In this document: one piece after another, positions 12,437 through 24,891 of the stretch
How positions within the stretch are numbered: the stretch's first letter is position 1
How the letters are laid out: each line of letters opens with the position of its first letter
NCBI RefSeq assembly: GCF_001194135.2
Contig: NC_069001.1
Coordinates: 35,494,167 to 35,558,166, forward strand
From: Octopus bimaculoides
Lineage: Eukaryota
Reading direction: 5' to 3'
DNA length: 64,000 bases
Notes under the pieces: generated by a model
Databases searched by the model: none
What the model saw: the letters and a program-made list of their open reading frames with translations, nothing else
Told to the model about the DNA's origin: nothing
Translations under genes and position numbers: made by a program

Positions 12437-12548
12437 AGGGTTCAGTCTCACTGTGTGGCACCTTGAGCAAGTGTCTTTTACTATAGCCCCAGGTCAGTCA
12501 AAGCCTTGTGAGTTAATTTCGTTGATGAAAACTGAAAGAAGCCTATCA
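12437..12548 (+). mobile_element. SINE family A, 5'-truncated
   Basis: GGTTCAGTCTCACTGTGTGGCACCTTGAGCAAGTGTC..AAAGCCTTGTGAG. Confidence 0.8.
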
Positions 12549-12894
12549 TATATATTTCTATGTGTATATATATGTGTGTATGTGCATATCATCATCATTG
12601 TTTAATGTCTGCTTTCCATGCTGGCATGGGTTGGATGGTTTCAATGAGGACTGGCGAGAGGAAAATATGGACTTTAAAAAAACATTATGATGCTGTAGTC
12701 CTTGGTACATTATGTCAACAAAAAAAAAAAAGAAAAGAAAAAATACAGTATGTTCAGTTGCTGAAACATCATTGATTCTAGGTCGACTTGATTGGGGCTG
12801 ACATGGGTTAAATAACAACAGCAACTGCTGTGGCAAGAAACAGAAATTGAAGGATCAGCTCCCTATTTAGAATATAGGGGAGAGCTAAAGAAAC

Positions 12895-13230
12895 TGGCCT
12901 TCTGTTAGTTATGATGCTGAGGGTTCCAGTTGATCTGATCAATGGAACAGCCTACTCAATTTATTAGCAGGCAAGTGGCTGAGTACTCCACAGACACATG
13001 TACCCTTAATGTAGTTTGTAGTTTGCAGTTTGCAGGGAGATTTGGCATGACACAGAATGTGACAAGGCTGACCCTTTAAAATACAGGTACTTCTCATGTT
13101 TGCCAGCTGGGCAGACTGGTGCAATGTGAAATGAAGTGTCTTGCTCAAGGTCACAGCACACCACCAGGAATTGAACTCAGGACCTTATGATCATGAGCTG
13201 AATTTTCTAACCAACCAGTCATGCACCTTC
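12895..13230 (-). mobile_element. SINE family B copy
   Basis: Full body plus tRNA-like head ending GAATTGAACTCAGGACCTTATGATCATGAGC. Confidence 0.85.
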
Positions 13231-14181
13231 GCTCAGAATATAGGCAAAAGCTAAATGGTACAACTGAATGTATGGATTTTGTAGATGTGGTGATGGGGGA
13301 AAATCAAAATAACTGAATAATTTCTAAATTACTTATGTATTTGTGTGTTTATTTATCTATCTATTTAATTAATTAATTCATCATTTTAGTTATATAACAA
13401 ATTTTATTTATGAGAGAGAAAGAGATATAACAAGTGAGAGAGAGAGAGAGAAAGCCAGGCATAATCTCTACCTCAAAGTAACTTATACCAAACCTTCCAC
13501 AAGTCTTAGTCAAACATCCATCTCATTAGGTGATCCTCTATGCATTAACAAACAGCTTTCAGCCTATTGCAAAACTTGCAGCAGTCAAGAAATTATTCAA
13601 GAAAAAACATACTGGAAAGTAATTTTCCCCACAGCAAACTACAATTACTTACTTTCTGTCTTTGATTCTATTTTCTTTTCTTTTTTTCTTTTCCTAATTA
13701 CTTAAGGTTCTATTCTCCGAAGCTACTCCTTCAAAACGTACTTTATTTGCCTGGTTCTTGTCATTCTAATGATGATTGATGTGAATGAGTCGTAACAAAT
13801 ATCTCCAGATTTTCGTGTTGGTTTTCACCAATTCCTTAATTTCTTCGGAAGATGTTTTTCTTTGCAATGTAAATATAATCTCGTCTCCTTTTTCTTTTTA
13901 TATTTATTTTATTCTGTTTTTTTTTTCTTTATTTTTAAATCTGATTTGTCAACAAGTCGAGGAGGAATGGATAATGCTTGTAGACAATTTTTAGATCATC
14001 TGGATGGATTTAGGCGATAGGGATCACCTAACATAACTAATGGGATTTATAGCACTTATTTATTTTGAATCATTGAAGCTATATGGCAGATTGAAAACAG
14101 GAAGAATATATATGTTTGTGTGTATGTTTATATATGTACTTGCATAGCAAGCGACCTGATCTGAGATCGTGTGCTGGAACG

Positions 14182-14475
14182 AAAACAATTGCAGTGTGGA
14201 AGGTGTTTATAAGCGATTTAAGAAACACACAAAAACCGTTAGATTCATTTCAACATTTAAATTTAATTTGCCGAAATATTTTCGTTGCTTTGAGACCGCA
14301 ACCTGTTCACTGACAAAATTCCGTGCTGCATCATGGAATTTTGTCAGTGAACAGGTCGCAGTCTCAAAGCGACGAAAATATTTTGGCAAATTAAATTTAA
14401 ATGTTGAAGTGAATCTAATGGTTTTTGTGTGTTTCTTAAATGGCTTATAAACACCTTCCAGGCTGCAGTTGTTTT
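14182..14475. repeat. Fold-back inverted repeat, about 144-bp arms, 6-nt loop
   Basis: 14182-14325 is the reverse complement of 14332-14475 with 11 substitutions and no indels (manual count). Confidence 0.95.
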
Positions 14476-15064
14476 ATATATAGATATATACACAAACAAA
14501 AAAAACACACAACACAGACACACACATACACATACACACAGTCATACACACACCCATATATATGTATGTGTATGTAATGTATATAGGGGAGATTGTGAGT
14601 AAGAAAGGATTTTCATGGATGTAATTGTGTAAAAAATAAGCAGAAAAAATAAAAGATATAAACCATTTCTGTGCCTGGTCCTTTTATCCAGATTTGAGTA
14701 ACCACTGTTAATCTTGTTGAGTTGGTTACCAATGCAAAACTCCAATGATTCAACAGAAAAAATTCGAAGCCATTATTAGCCTAAAATATCCTTTGTTTTT
14801 GTTTGTTTTTATTCATTAGACTTTACCCTCACCTGATTAATGACAATTTAAATATGACTAAATGACAGAAATTGTAAAGATTTATGATGAAAACCTGAGC
14901 AATATGCTTATGGATTGTGTATTCTACAGGATGTCAAAGACATAAATAGCTTCCAGATCATATAAACATATATACTCACTATCACACACACACACACACA
15001 GATATATATACATATATGCACACACACACACACGCTGTGTGTGTGTGTCTGTGTTATTCCTTCA

Positions 15065-15180
15065 ACCCAATTCAGTCACATGGCTGATGTTTACCCCAAG
15101 TTATTGTAGAAGACACTGACCCAAGGTGTCATATGGTGAAACCACATTGTTTGGAAGCAAACGTTATAACCACACAGCCA
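15065..15180 (-). mobile_element. SINE family A copy (degenerate)
   Basis: GTAGAAGACACTGACCCAAGGTGTC..GGAAGCAAAC..ACCACACAGCC. Confidence 0.7.
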
Positions 15181-15199
15181 AGTTAATGCTTATGTATAT

Positions 15200-15345
15200 G
15201 TCCATCATCATCATCATCACTTAGCACCTGTTGTCGATGCTGGCATGGGTTGGACGGCTTGACCAGGGCTGGTAAGCTGGAAGGCTACACCAGATTCCTG
15301 TCTGATTTGGCATAGTCTCTACTGCTGGATGCTCTCCTAACACCA
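15200..15345 (-). mobile_element. Retroposon 3' module D
   Basis: (ATC)n then ATGCTGGCATGGGTTGGACGG..CTGGATGC. Confidence 0.7.
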
Positions 15346-15364
15346 TATATATATATGGGAGAAT

Positions 15365-15547
15365 ATACGAAAAAACAACAACAGACGAGGACAGGTGGTG
15401 CAAATAACAAAAGGATGTATTAGTATGACGCTCGGGAATACGGAAAGTCTTTGACGTTTCGAGCTACGCTCTTCAACAGAAAGAATACGGAGACAAGGAG
15501 AAAAACACGGAGAAAAAAAATTGAATAGTGTCCAGTCAACGGTCATT
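15365..15547 (-). mobile_element. Penelope-like repeat fragment
   Basis: Contains TCTTTGACGTTTCGAGCTACGCTCTTCAACAGAAAGA, the reverse complement of a minimal hammerhead; related copies at 7590 and 59030. Confidence 0.6.
15448..15484 (-). ncRNA. Minimal type I hammerhead ribozyme motif, one core mutation
   Basis: Minus strand UCUUU-CUGUUGA-A-GAGC(GUA)GCUC-GAAAC-GUC-AAAGA: stem I UCUUU/AAAGA, stem II 4 bp, palindromic ACGU stem III, GUC cleavage triplet; A6 is changed to U. Confidence 0.65.
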
Positions 15548-16251
15548 TGTATATATATGTATATGTATGCATTTGTTTATATTTGCTTATATATGCATGT
15601 GCATATATTTTTTATGCCTATGTAGTTGTGTGTAGATATATATATATAAACATATATATATATTTACCCTTGTTTATTATATTTATGCCACTGTGTGTGT
15701 GTGTGCATGTGTGTGAAAGAGGAAAGAAGGAAGTGAAAGAGAAGAGATGTATTATGCAGTTGATATCTTGTTGGATCTTGTCACATGATATCTGTAACAC
15801 CCAACATATTATATGTATACCATTATTTTGGTATTATCTATTGTATCTTTGAAATTCCTTTTCCAGTACACACACACACACACACACATAGATATCTGCA
15901 TATATACATACAGACACACTCACACACACATACATATATACACATACATACACACGTGTGTGTATTTCGTTTTTGTGATGAAAATCTCACTTGACTTTCT
16001 TTTACTTTTACAGCAATTGTAAATAACTCATAAAGGGCCTGTTTTCTTCCCCACCCCCTATCCCGGCCCCAGCCATCATTCATTCTTCTAAATTCACTGC
16101 ATCAAGATAAAAAAAAAATATCAGGGCTGTTTTGGGTAAACACTATTTACATGCATCACAAATTCTAAATAATTATTTTTATTGAAGTCAGCAAAATAAA
16201 TAGATAACTAAATAAATAATAATAATAATGATGATGATGATGAAGATGATT

Positions 16252-16470
16252 TCATTTATTTGCCACAAGGGTGAAGCATGAGGGGGACAATACAGAGACA
16301 GACATGAAGTGTGGGGGTTTACGTATAATAATGAAATAAGTAAAAACACGGTATACACTGTAAAAGAAGGGACTTATGCATAGCATACAAAGGTTTGCCA
16401 CAAGGGCAGCTCCAACCAGCTGAATTTTTAGAATACCTTTTTGACCAATCCGCATTCTCTTAAACATCAC
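16252..16470 (-). mobile_element. 3' end of a non-LTR retrotransposon (AATAAA followed by an (ATC)n(ATT)n tail)
   Basis: Terminal GATTTCATTTATTTGCCACAAG..ACAATACAGAGACAGACAT is shared with 24610-24690, including the same tail. Confidence 0.55.
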
Positions 16471-16829
16471 TATATATATATATATATAGTAAAAAAAGGT
16501 TTCAGATAGAATCAGGTACTTGTAAAGCTATGCACCAGGCAGGGTTGGATAAACTTGTGGTTCTGGCCTATAGTTGATAAGTATCAAATGGAATATTCCG
16601 GTTGTGTACACAGAGAAAACCAGCTCAATGAGTATTTAAAGCCTAGGGGTTGGCCCATAACTGGCCTCAACAAATTTCAGCCACGTCCCTGCTGTATTCT
16701 TTGGACATTCGTTTATTTGTAAAATTACATTTCATCCGATGATTATGGTTTTTGGTAATGGAGTAAATCTCTTAAAAAGATGTGTTAGAAACAGCTGTTA
16801 TGAGCTGACAATTATATATGTATATGTAA

Positions 16830-16995
16830 CAGGCTTCCACACAGTTTCTGCCTTTCCTAAATTCACTGACAAAGCTTTGGTCATTTCAGGACTTTGTTAG
16901 AAGACACTTATTCAAGTCACTGAACATTGGGATTGAACCCAGACACCACATGATATCAAAGCAAGCCTCTTCACCTCACCACTATGCTTGTGCCT
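16830..16995 (-). mobile_element. SINE family A copy (old)
   Basis: CAAAGCTTTGGTC..AGAAGACACTT..GATTGAACCCAG..AAGCAAGC. Confidence 0.7.
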
Positions 16996-17534
16996 CTCTG
17001 TCTTTCTTTCTTCTTTATTTTTTTTACATTTGTTTCTTGTTTTGCTTTTTTAATTCAATATGAAAGTCCCTCTTTGTGTTTATAACTTGTCCTCCATGTA
17101 TTTGCCCTTGTGGCAGACGAAGATCTGATGATTATCATCATCATCATCACCCCGCTTCTTCATCGCCATCATCATCGTCGTCGTCGTCATCGTTGTTATG
17201 TAGAACCAACATCTCTAATACGGCAGTAAATAAAGAAATAGATAGACGGACATTTTTTGGGCTAATATTGTGAGATAAAATGATGTAATAGATATTGTAA
17301 GTGGAGATAACTTGAGATAACAACAGCAAGATACGGCCTGCTCTTGTATATCCAGCTCTCTACGAAATACATACACTCATATACAAACATGTATCCGTCT
17401 ACGTGCGTGTGTGCATGTGATATATATGTATATATGTTTGTGTGCACATGTGTGTATATAAACATATATACATATTTATATATAGGTGTATGTTTGTGTG
17501 GTATTTGTATACACACACACACACATATATGTAG

Positions 17535-17566
<32 letters not shown>

Positions 17567-17951
17567 TCATATATACTCATAGATATAGATGCCCATATGC
17601 TTGCGTATGGTGTATATATTTGTATGTATACACGCATATATATAGTCTGAGCGTGTGTTACAGAAGCAATTGCTCATCTGAATATCTTGCCATAATATGA
17701 AGTCCTGTAACATAGGATTACCCCCCCCCCGAGTGTGTACATATGCATGCATGTACATGTGTGTGAGCATATGTTTATACATACACATCCACACACACTT
17801 ACATATTTATATATAGACATAACTGCATGTTTGCATATACATACACATACACCCATATGTGTTTGTATAGATGTATCTTCACATTTAAATACCCACACAG
17901 ATCTACATTCCTGCTGTAAAATAGCACTTTTGAATCTTAATATAATTTCAG

Positions 17952-18057
17952 TAATTCAACTCCGAAAGTTAAAAAGGAAACAGAAGCATATTTCTTCAGA
18001 CAAGACAATCCACAGACTCTTCTCTTTTGCTGATGGAGTTACTCTTGTTCCAGAATG
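17952..18057 (+). CDS. Weak candidate exon: IQLRKLKRKQKHISSDKTIHRLFSFADGVTLVPE
   Basis: TTTCAG| acceptor, ATG|GTACTC weak donor, an open frame through unique sequence; phase 1 to phase 2. Confidence 0.28.
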
Positions 18058-18262
18058 GTACTCTCTCTCTCTCTCTCTCTCTTTCTCTCAAACAGGCTTA
18101 GTGGTAGGGAATATTCACTTCACAATCATAAGGTCATGTGTTCAATTCCTGGCAGTGCACTGTGTTCTTGAGCAAGACACCAAGACCAGTTGTCAAATGG
18201 TGGTGGTCATGGTGGTGGTGGTGGTCGTCGTCATGGTGAAGGTTAACAAACACAGACAGAAA

Positions 18263-18314
<52 letters not shown>

Positions 18315-18335
18315 TGTATTTATACAAACATGACA

Positions 18336-18490
18336 GGCATCTTTCAGTTTCCATTTAACAAACCCACTCACACCTCTTCAGTTGGCTGAAGCTCTAATAG
18401 AACTCACTTGCTCATGGTGCCACGCAGTGGAACTGAACCCAGAACCATGTGGCTAGGAAGTAAATTGTTTTACCACACAGCTTGCACCTT
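18336..18490 (-). mobile_element. SINE family A copy
   Basis: TTTCAGTTTCC..GGTGCCACGCAGTGGAACTGAACCCAGAACCATGTGG. Confidence 0.8.
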
Positions 18491-18960
18491 TGATGTTCTT
18501 GTTGATGATGATGATGATGATGATGACAATGATGGTTTCGACGGGATACTCTTCTAGTTGCCAACCTTTCCAGTTGTCTCTTAAGACAAGTAATGACATG
18601 ATGTTTTTTGCCCTAAAACAGAAACACACACAGTATCATTGCACTTATAAGAATGGGGTTGGATATTCACTCTAACTGCTTTCTTTCCTGTTTCAAAGGA
18701 TCATGTGGAGAGAGAGAAGAAAAGGGATGGATGGGGGGAGGGGAGGGGGATGGGAGGAGAAGAGAGGGACAGGAGAGAGGGGAGAGAAGGCTGACGTTGG
18801 TGGGGAGAGCATGATAGGTGTCATTTCTATTGCAGATAAAACTTTATTAGCCTTGTAACAAGACTTCAGCCACTAATGCCAAATTTAGACTCTCCTTGGA
18901 TATACAGCATGCTCCATACGTCTATATACATACATGCATGCATCGGTTTACATATATATA

Positions 18961-19036
<76 letters not shown>

Positions 19037-19315
19037 NNNNNNNNNNNNNNNNNNNNNNNNNNNNNNNNNNNNNNNNNNNNNNNNNNNNNNNNNNNNNNNN
19101 NNNNNNNNNNNNNNNNNNNNNNNNNNNNNNNNNNNNNNNNNNNNNNNNNNNNNNNNNNNNNNNNNNNNNNNNNNNNNNNNNNNNNNNNNNNNNNNNNNNN
19201 NNNNNNNNNNNNNNNNNNNNNNNNNNNNNNNNNNNNNNNNNNNNNNNNNNNNNNNNNNNNNNNNNNNNNNNNNNNNNNNNNNNNNNNNNNNNNNNNNNNN
19301 NNNNNNNNNNNNNNN
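19037..19315. other. Assembly gap within (TA)n
   Basis: N-run. Confidence 0.99.
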
Positions 19316-19538
19316 ACATATATATATATATACACACACACACACATATATATATCTATGTATATATACATGAATATATATATGTGTGCACACACACACA
19401 TGCATGCATACATACATACATACATACATACATACATACACATGCATATACACATACGTTTGTCTTTGAGAGAGAACAATTCTCACGAGAGAGCAACAAG
19501 AACATGTTAATTACCGATTCCGTCTAATAAAATTGTAG

Positions 19539-19625
19539 AAGTTTTCTCGACGTTTGACGGGAAAATCAATAACAGAATATTATAATCATTGCCGCTTTTC
19601 ACCAGGTTTTTATTTGAAAACTCAG
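19539..19625 (+). CDS. Weak candidate exon: KFSRRLTGKSITEYYNHCRFSPGFYLKTQ
   Basis: CTAAT branch-like motif, TTGTAG| acceptor, CAG|GTGAAT donor, 87 nt, phase 0-0; poor polypyrimidine tract. Confidence 0.25.
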
Positions 19626-20527
19626 GTGAATGAAACGGTGAAACGTTGAAACTTCGGTGCAAGAATATAAAAGTAGCTTTAGAAAGATAAGCCTTAGATT
19701 CCCCCTTCCATCAATAATGCACTTCCATATAAGGTAAAAGGAGAGAAGGAAAGAGAGAGAGAGAGGTAGAGAGAGGGAGGGAAGAAGAAGGATTGAAGAG
19801 AAGCAATCAAAATTAATGTCGGGTTGAAAGATCATGTTTGCTAAGCTAGATTTAGTTTCGTCTCCTTTACCTCCTCCTCCTCATCATCATCATCATCGTC
19901 ATCATTGTCATCGTCATCGTCATCATTATCTTTATTCCCATTGTTGTCATTTTGTTAATATTAATATTGTTCCCTATTATCATCATTGTTACTGTTCCTC
20001 CCTCGTTATTATTCCTGCCATCTTTGATCTCGTTATCGTCAGTGTCATCATTAACGTACTCCTAATTGTTGCATCACTTTCTTGATAATTTCTCCCAATT
20101 GTTACCTGTCATCACCATCATCATCATCTTCATCATCGTCGTTATTGTCTTCACCATTATTATTCTATTTCCTGTGGTTTCTTTTGAACCTAAATGAAAT
20201 AACATCATCGATTTTATCATTATCGTCCCCCATCACACACGTCGCTGCTGTCTTCATCGTTATTTTGCTTCCTGCCGTTTCTTTGGAACTTTATTTTGAG
20301 GGTGGAGATTCAATAGAGATTTTGCAAGATTGATTGTTGTTATTTAGCACTGGGGTCAGTACAAAGAGTGAGCAGACATCTCAAAAGTGCTCCAGTACCA
20401 GTCCCCCATCCTCAAATATTATTTTTGAGACTGTCGACAAGGGGAGGTGAGGCCAGGCAACACAATTCCTTCATACCGAAGATAAAACTTTATCAACTTT
20501 ATTAAAATACCAAAATTTAGATCCCTA

Positions 20528-20735
20528 CAAGGCGACGGGCTTGCAGAATCGTTAGCATGCCAGGCAAAATGCTTAGCGGTATTTCATGTCTTTACATTCT
20601 GAGTTCAAATTCCGCCGAGGTCGACTTTGCCTTTCATCTTTTCGGGGTCGATAAATTAAGTACCGGTTGCATATTGGGAGTCAATCTAATCGACTGGTCC
20701 TCTCCCCCAAAATTTCAGGCCTTGTGCCTAGAACA
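20528..20735 (+). mobile_element. SINE family C (GCAGAATCGTTAGCATGCC..GAGTTCAAATTCCGCCGAGGTCGACTTTGCCTTTCATC..GGGGTCGATAAA)
   Basis: B-box-like GAGTTCAAAT; many copies in the window. Confidence 0.85.
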
Positions 20736-20829
20736 GAAAAAAAAAAATTTAGATCACTACAGAAGTAGAACACACCAAGATACCTTGCATACATTAATAC
20801 TCTACATACATGTGTATAGTACATACATA

Positions 20830-21047
20830 GGAGGGGGGGTGCTGAAAAATTTCTGGTTTTAAGGGTATCGTGAAAGGCCTAGTTGGAGGCCCAACCCTCT
20901 GAATTCTTTAACCAGGCTTAAAAAACTTGAAGGACCACAACAATTAGTGTGTGAATCTGAGAGGGGAATATATTGAATAAAATCATAATTAACTGATCCT
21001 CCTGTATTTTCTTTTACCCAAAGCTAAGAACTTTTCAGCACCCCGTG
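20830..21047 (+). mobile_element. Mariner deletion derivative (MITE)
   Basis: TIRs GGGGTGCTGAAAA.TT..T.G.TTT.GGGTA at both ends, TA flanks, and an internal remnant of the transposase C-terminus (N*CVNLRGEYIE*). Confidence 0.8.
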
Positions 21048-22229
21048 TATGTCTGATACATACATACATACATACATACATATATTTCAAGGATTTTTAT
21101 AAAAAACATAACAACTGGAAAATTTAACAAAAACATGGAAAATTTAAGAAAACGAAGCACGCAGAAAATTCATAGCTAATTCCTCATCATAATAATTGTG
21201 TGCCATTATCGGTGAGACTATACCTTCATTGGAGGAAAAAAAAAAAAACTACTGGGAATAGCTAACAAATGTACAGGACAATTATGAAAACAAACAAGAC
21301 AAACTAAAATAATGTATGTATGCATACTATATATAGGTTAACAAGGCTACCAATGGTTTCATGTAGAGAGAGATCTTTCAGCAATTATCAAGCCTGTCAC
21401 ATGAGAATGTTGAAACTTGTCTCTGTCTTGGACGAGAATACACGAAGCTACATGAGATTGTATGGGATTTTTGGATAAGTAAATATAAATATAAGTAAAT
21501 GTATAGATCATGGGAAGTAACTTGTATGCACACATACATACACACACACATACACACACACATATACACTCACACACACAAGTATATAAACATGTGTATA
21601 TACATGTGTGTGTGTGTATGCATGTGTGTGTGCTTGGATTTAGAAACATGAAAATGTTTTCAATACTTAAAATTTATTCATTTATTCATAACTAACCTTC
21701 AACTTCAAATAAATGAATATATATATATATATATATATATATCATCATCATCATTTCACATATATGTTTCATACAAACACACACACACATCTATACATGC
21801 ATGCACACACACACACTCATACATACACACACACATACATACATACATACATACATACACACATGCACACACACACTTACAAACATATATACGCTTTCTT
21901 CCTTCTGGCTTGTTATTTTTATTGTTATTTATTTTCAGAGAAATTAAAGGGCAAAATCAGAAGGAGGCCTTTGAGGATAGCTTAGGAGGAGAATTTAAAT
22001 TCCATTACTGAAAAATGGCCCTCATCTGTTGAAAGCTACACATATTTTCACTTGACTGAAGGGAATATGTCAAATCTGGGTCAGTTATCTTAAGGAGTTT
22101 ATTTTTTTTAGGTTATTATGTAAATATTTGATTACAGAACTTGAGTGAACTTTTGATGGTATGGGGTAGAAATTGGGGAATCTGTAACTAGGGTATGACA
22201 CTGGCTCTCTCTTTCTTTATCTCTCTTTC

Positions 22230-22262
<33 letters not shown>

Positions 22263-22460
22263 ACATGTATGTATATTTTTGCGGATGTGTATGTATATTA
22301 CATGTGAAATATTAATGATATTCACATATGCATGTATGTTATGTATGTGAGTGTATATCTATATTATATGTATATATAGGTGTGTGTGTGTGTGTGTGTG
22401 TTGTGTGGCAGCTCAGGAAGGAGACACAGATACAGTCACATGCACACATTTATGCACAAC

Positions 22461-22613
22461 AGACTTCTTTCGGTTTCCATCTACCAAATCCACCCACAAA
22501 GTTTTGGTTGACCCAAGGTTGTCATAGAAGACATTTGCTCAAAGTGCCACACCCTGCTGCTGAACTCAAAACCACAGGCTTCAGAAGCAAACTTCTTAAC
22601 CACATAGCCATGC

Positions 22614-22615
<2 letters not shown>
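22461..22615 (-). mobile_element. SINE family A copy
   Basis: TTTCGGTTTCCATCTACCAAATCCAC..AGAAGCAAACTTCTTAACCACATAGCCATGCC. Confidence 0.8.
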
Positions 22616-22646
<31 letters not shown>

Positions 22647-23121
22647 CATTTGCAGGCAGACACACATGTGTATGTATGTGTGTGTGTGTGTGTAGATGCC
22701 TAATTTCTCTAAGTAAGGAAATAACCAAAGATTGATTAATTAAAGTATGGCATTCTTTCTACAGAAGCAATATGCCCTCAGCATACACACACATATGAAT
22801 TTGGTAAAACAAGTTCTTTAGAACAACCTACATTATTTCTACAACATATGCTGTAGCATCATTGTTGCTATTAATTTCTTCTCTGCAAAGATGATGAAGC
22901 CAAGAGTCTGTTGTTTCATTATTTTCCTTTTATCCTACAGTTATTAATCAGTCTGGAACTGATTTACTTTCATATGTTATTGTTGACTGCCGGAGCTACT
23001 TGTTCTATATCTGTAATTAGATATTGTCAATAGAGAAATAATACGATTGTGTAAAAATATACAGACCTATCTGTAGCAGCACACACATACATATAGATTA
23101 TTATCATCATCATCATCATCA

Positions 23122-23164
<43 letters not shown>

Positions 23165-23329
23165 ATTAAGACTGGCAGAATTGTTTGCACTCTGGGCAAA
23201 ATGCTTATTGTATACAGTGCTCAGGTGCTCTACAACTCACTGAAAAAGGGTAAAAGAGGGACAGAAAGCAGAAATATGTTAGGCAAAGAAAGCCAGTAAT
23301 GGGAACCAAAAATACATGCACTATTGTTG

Positions 23330-23698
23330 TTGGCACTTCGTCGCTTACGACGACGAGGCTTCCAGTTGATCCGATCAACGGAACAGCCTGCTCGTGAAAT
23401 TAACGTGCAAGTGGCTGAGCACTCCACAGACACGTGTACCCTTAACGTAGTTCTCAGGGATATTCAGCGTGATACAGTGTGACAAGGCTGACCCTTTGAA
23501 TTACAGGCACAACAGAAACAGGAAGTAAGAGCGAGAGAAAGTTGTGGTGAAAGAGTACAGTAATGTTTGCCACCATCCCCTGCTGGAGCCTCAGGTGTTT
23601 TCGCTTAATAATCACTCACAACGCCCGGTCTGGGAATCGAAACCGCGATCCTATGACTGCGAGTCTGCTGCCCTAACCACTGGGCCATTGCGCCTCCA
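23330..23698 (-). mobile_element. SINE family B, variant head (GGAGGCGCAATGGCCCAGTGGTTAGGGCAGCAGACTCGCAGTC)
   Basis: Near-identical to 39362-39740 and 59676-60056; CpG-rich, so probably young. Confidence 0.9.
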
Positions 23699-23859
23699 CA
23701 CATGCACTATATACAAAATAAAACACAGAAAAGGAGAGAAAAGTGAACAGTAAAAGAGCCTTAAAGAGGCGCAAAGGGTGTGTATGCAGGTCTGGAGTTG
23801 TGTTGTTGAATTTCAGGAAGCATGGAGTTTTTTAAAAGACGCAATATCCTAACAGCTCA

Positions 23860-23910
23860 CAACTGATATCCTAACAGCTCACGACAATATCCTAACAGCT
23901 CACAACTGAT
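23860..23910. repeat. Short tandem repeat ATATCCTAACAGCTCAC x3
   Basis: Three direct copies about 21-22 bp apart. Confidence 0.85.
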
Positions 23911-24554
23911 ACGGATAGTTTATTCCATATTTCGTCATCTCTTTGACAAATTCTGAAAGTCTTGGATTTTTCACTGATTTTAGACTTTATGAGATCAGTA
24001 ACTCCAAACAAGAACTTATGACTTGGCCTGTGGCAACACTGCCAACCCATGCCAGCACTGAAAAGAGGATTAAGATGACGATGGAGATATGAGAGAAATA
24101 ATAAGATTAGAATAATGATGTAATTGAGGTGATTTTTACATTATTGATAACCACAGGAAGACTGCTCTTTTTTTTGCTTTTTTTTATTTATTTATTTTTT
24201 TTTGTCTGAGAGAACATCTATTCAAAGAAATCATGCCATTTTATATTCCTGGTCTTGTTTGGTTCTTGAAAAAAGCATCTCAATAATTAAGTTGATTACT
24301 TATTGGAAATCAATTGTGGCAAAAACTTTTTAGTTCATTTTACTCTTGACAATAAGCGACGACTGGCAAAAACCAGACGTATTTAGAGTGGAATGGCTGC
24401 TGTTTATTTCTTCTGAAAAATCATATTCGTAGCCATTGAGTAATGAATCTTCCCAGCATAACACCTATTTCCTTTCAGCACAGAAATTGCTCGATCAAAA
24501 TATCTGATTTGACAAAATAATAACAATAACAATAATAATAAAAACAACAACAAC

Positions 24555-24598
<44 letters not shown>

Positions 24599-24609
24599 TG
24601 ATGATGATG

Positions 24610-24690
24610 ATTTCATTTATTTGCCACAAGACCTAAGGATGAGGGGAACAATACAGAGACAGACATAAAGTGGGGGGGGGGTAAATAATA
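24610..24690 (-). mobile_element. Non-LTR 3' end, same family as 16252
   Basis: Shared terminal sequence and tail. Confidence 0.55.
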
Positions 24691-24832
24691 ATAATAATAA
24701 TAATAACAATAAAGAAATGAAGAGATGAAAAAAGAAGTCTATTTTATATGTGATTGATATCAAATAAATTGATCTAATTAGATCTACTCCAAAACAATTA
24801 TTATTATTAGTAGTAGTAGTAGCAGCAGCAGC

Positions 24833-24867
<35 letters not shown>

Positions 24868-24891
24868 CAGCAGCAGCAGCAGTAGTAGTAG

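Noticed and set aside
13809-13868. DFRVGFHQFLNFFGRC resembling GPCR helix 8
   Set aside because: Poor polypyrimidine tract, no NPxxY or transmembrane exons found, and an alternative frame is equally open.
16540-16691. Possible MITE (CAGGG..CCCTG ends) or exon LISIKWNIPVVYTEKTSSM
   Set aside because: The TIRs are poor, no TSD was found and the splice signals are weak.
23630-23698. tRNA-like sequences at SINE heads (also 24892, 39670, 59676, 62740)
   Set aside because: They have A/B boxes but no complete cloverleaf or acceptor stem, and they continue into shared SINE bodies, so they are not tRNA genes.
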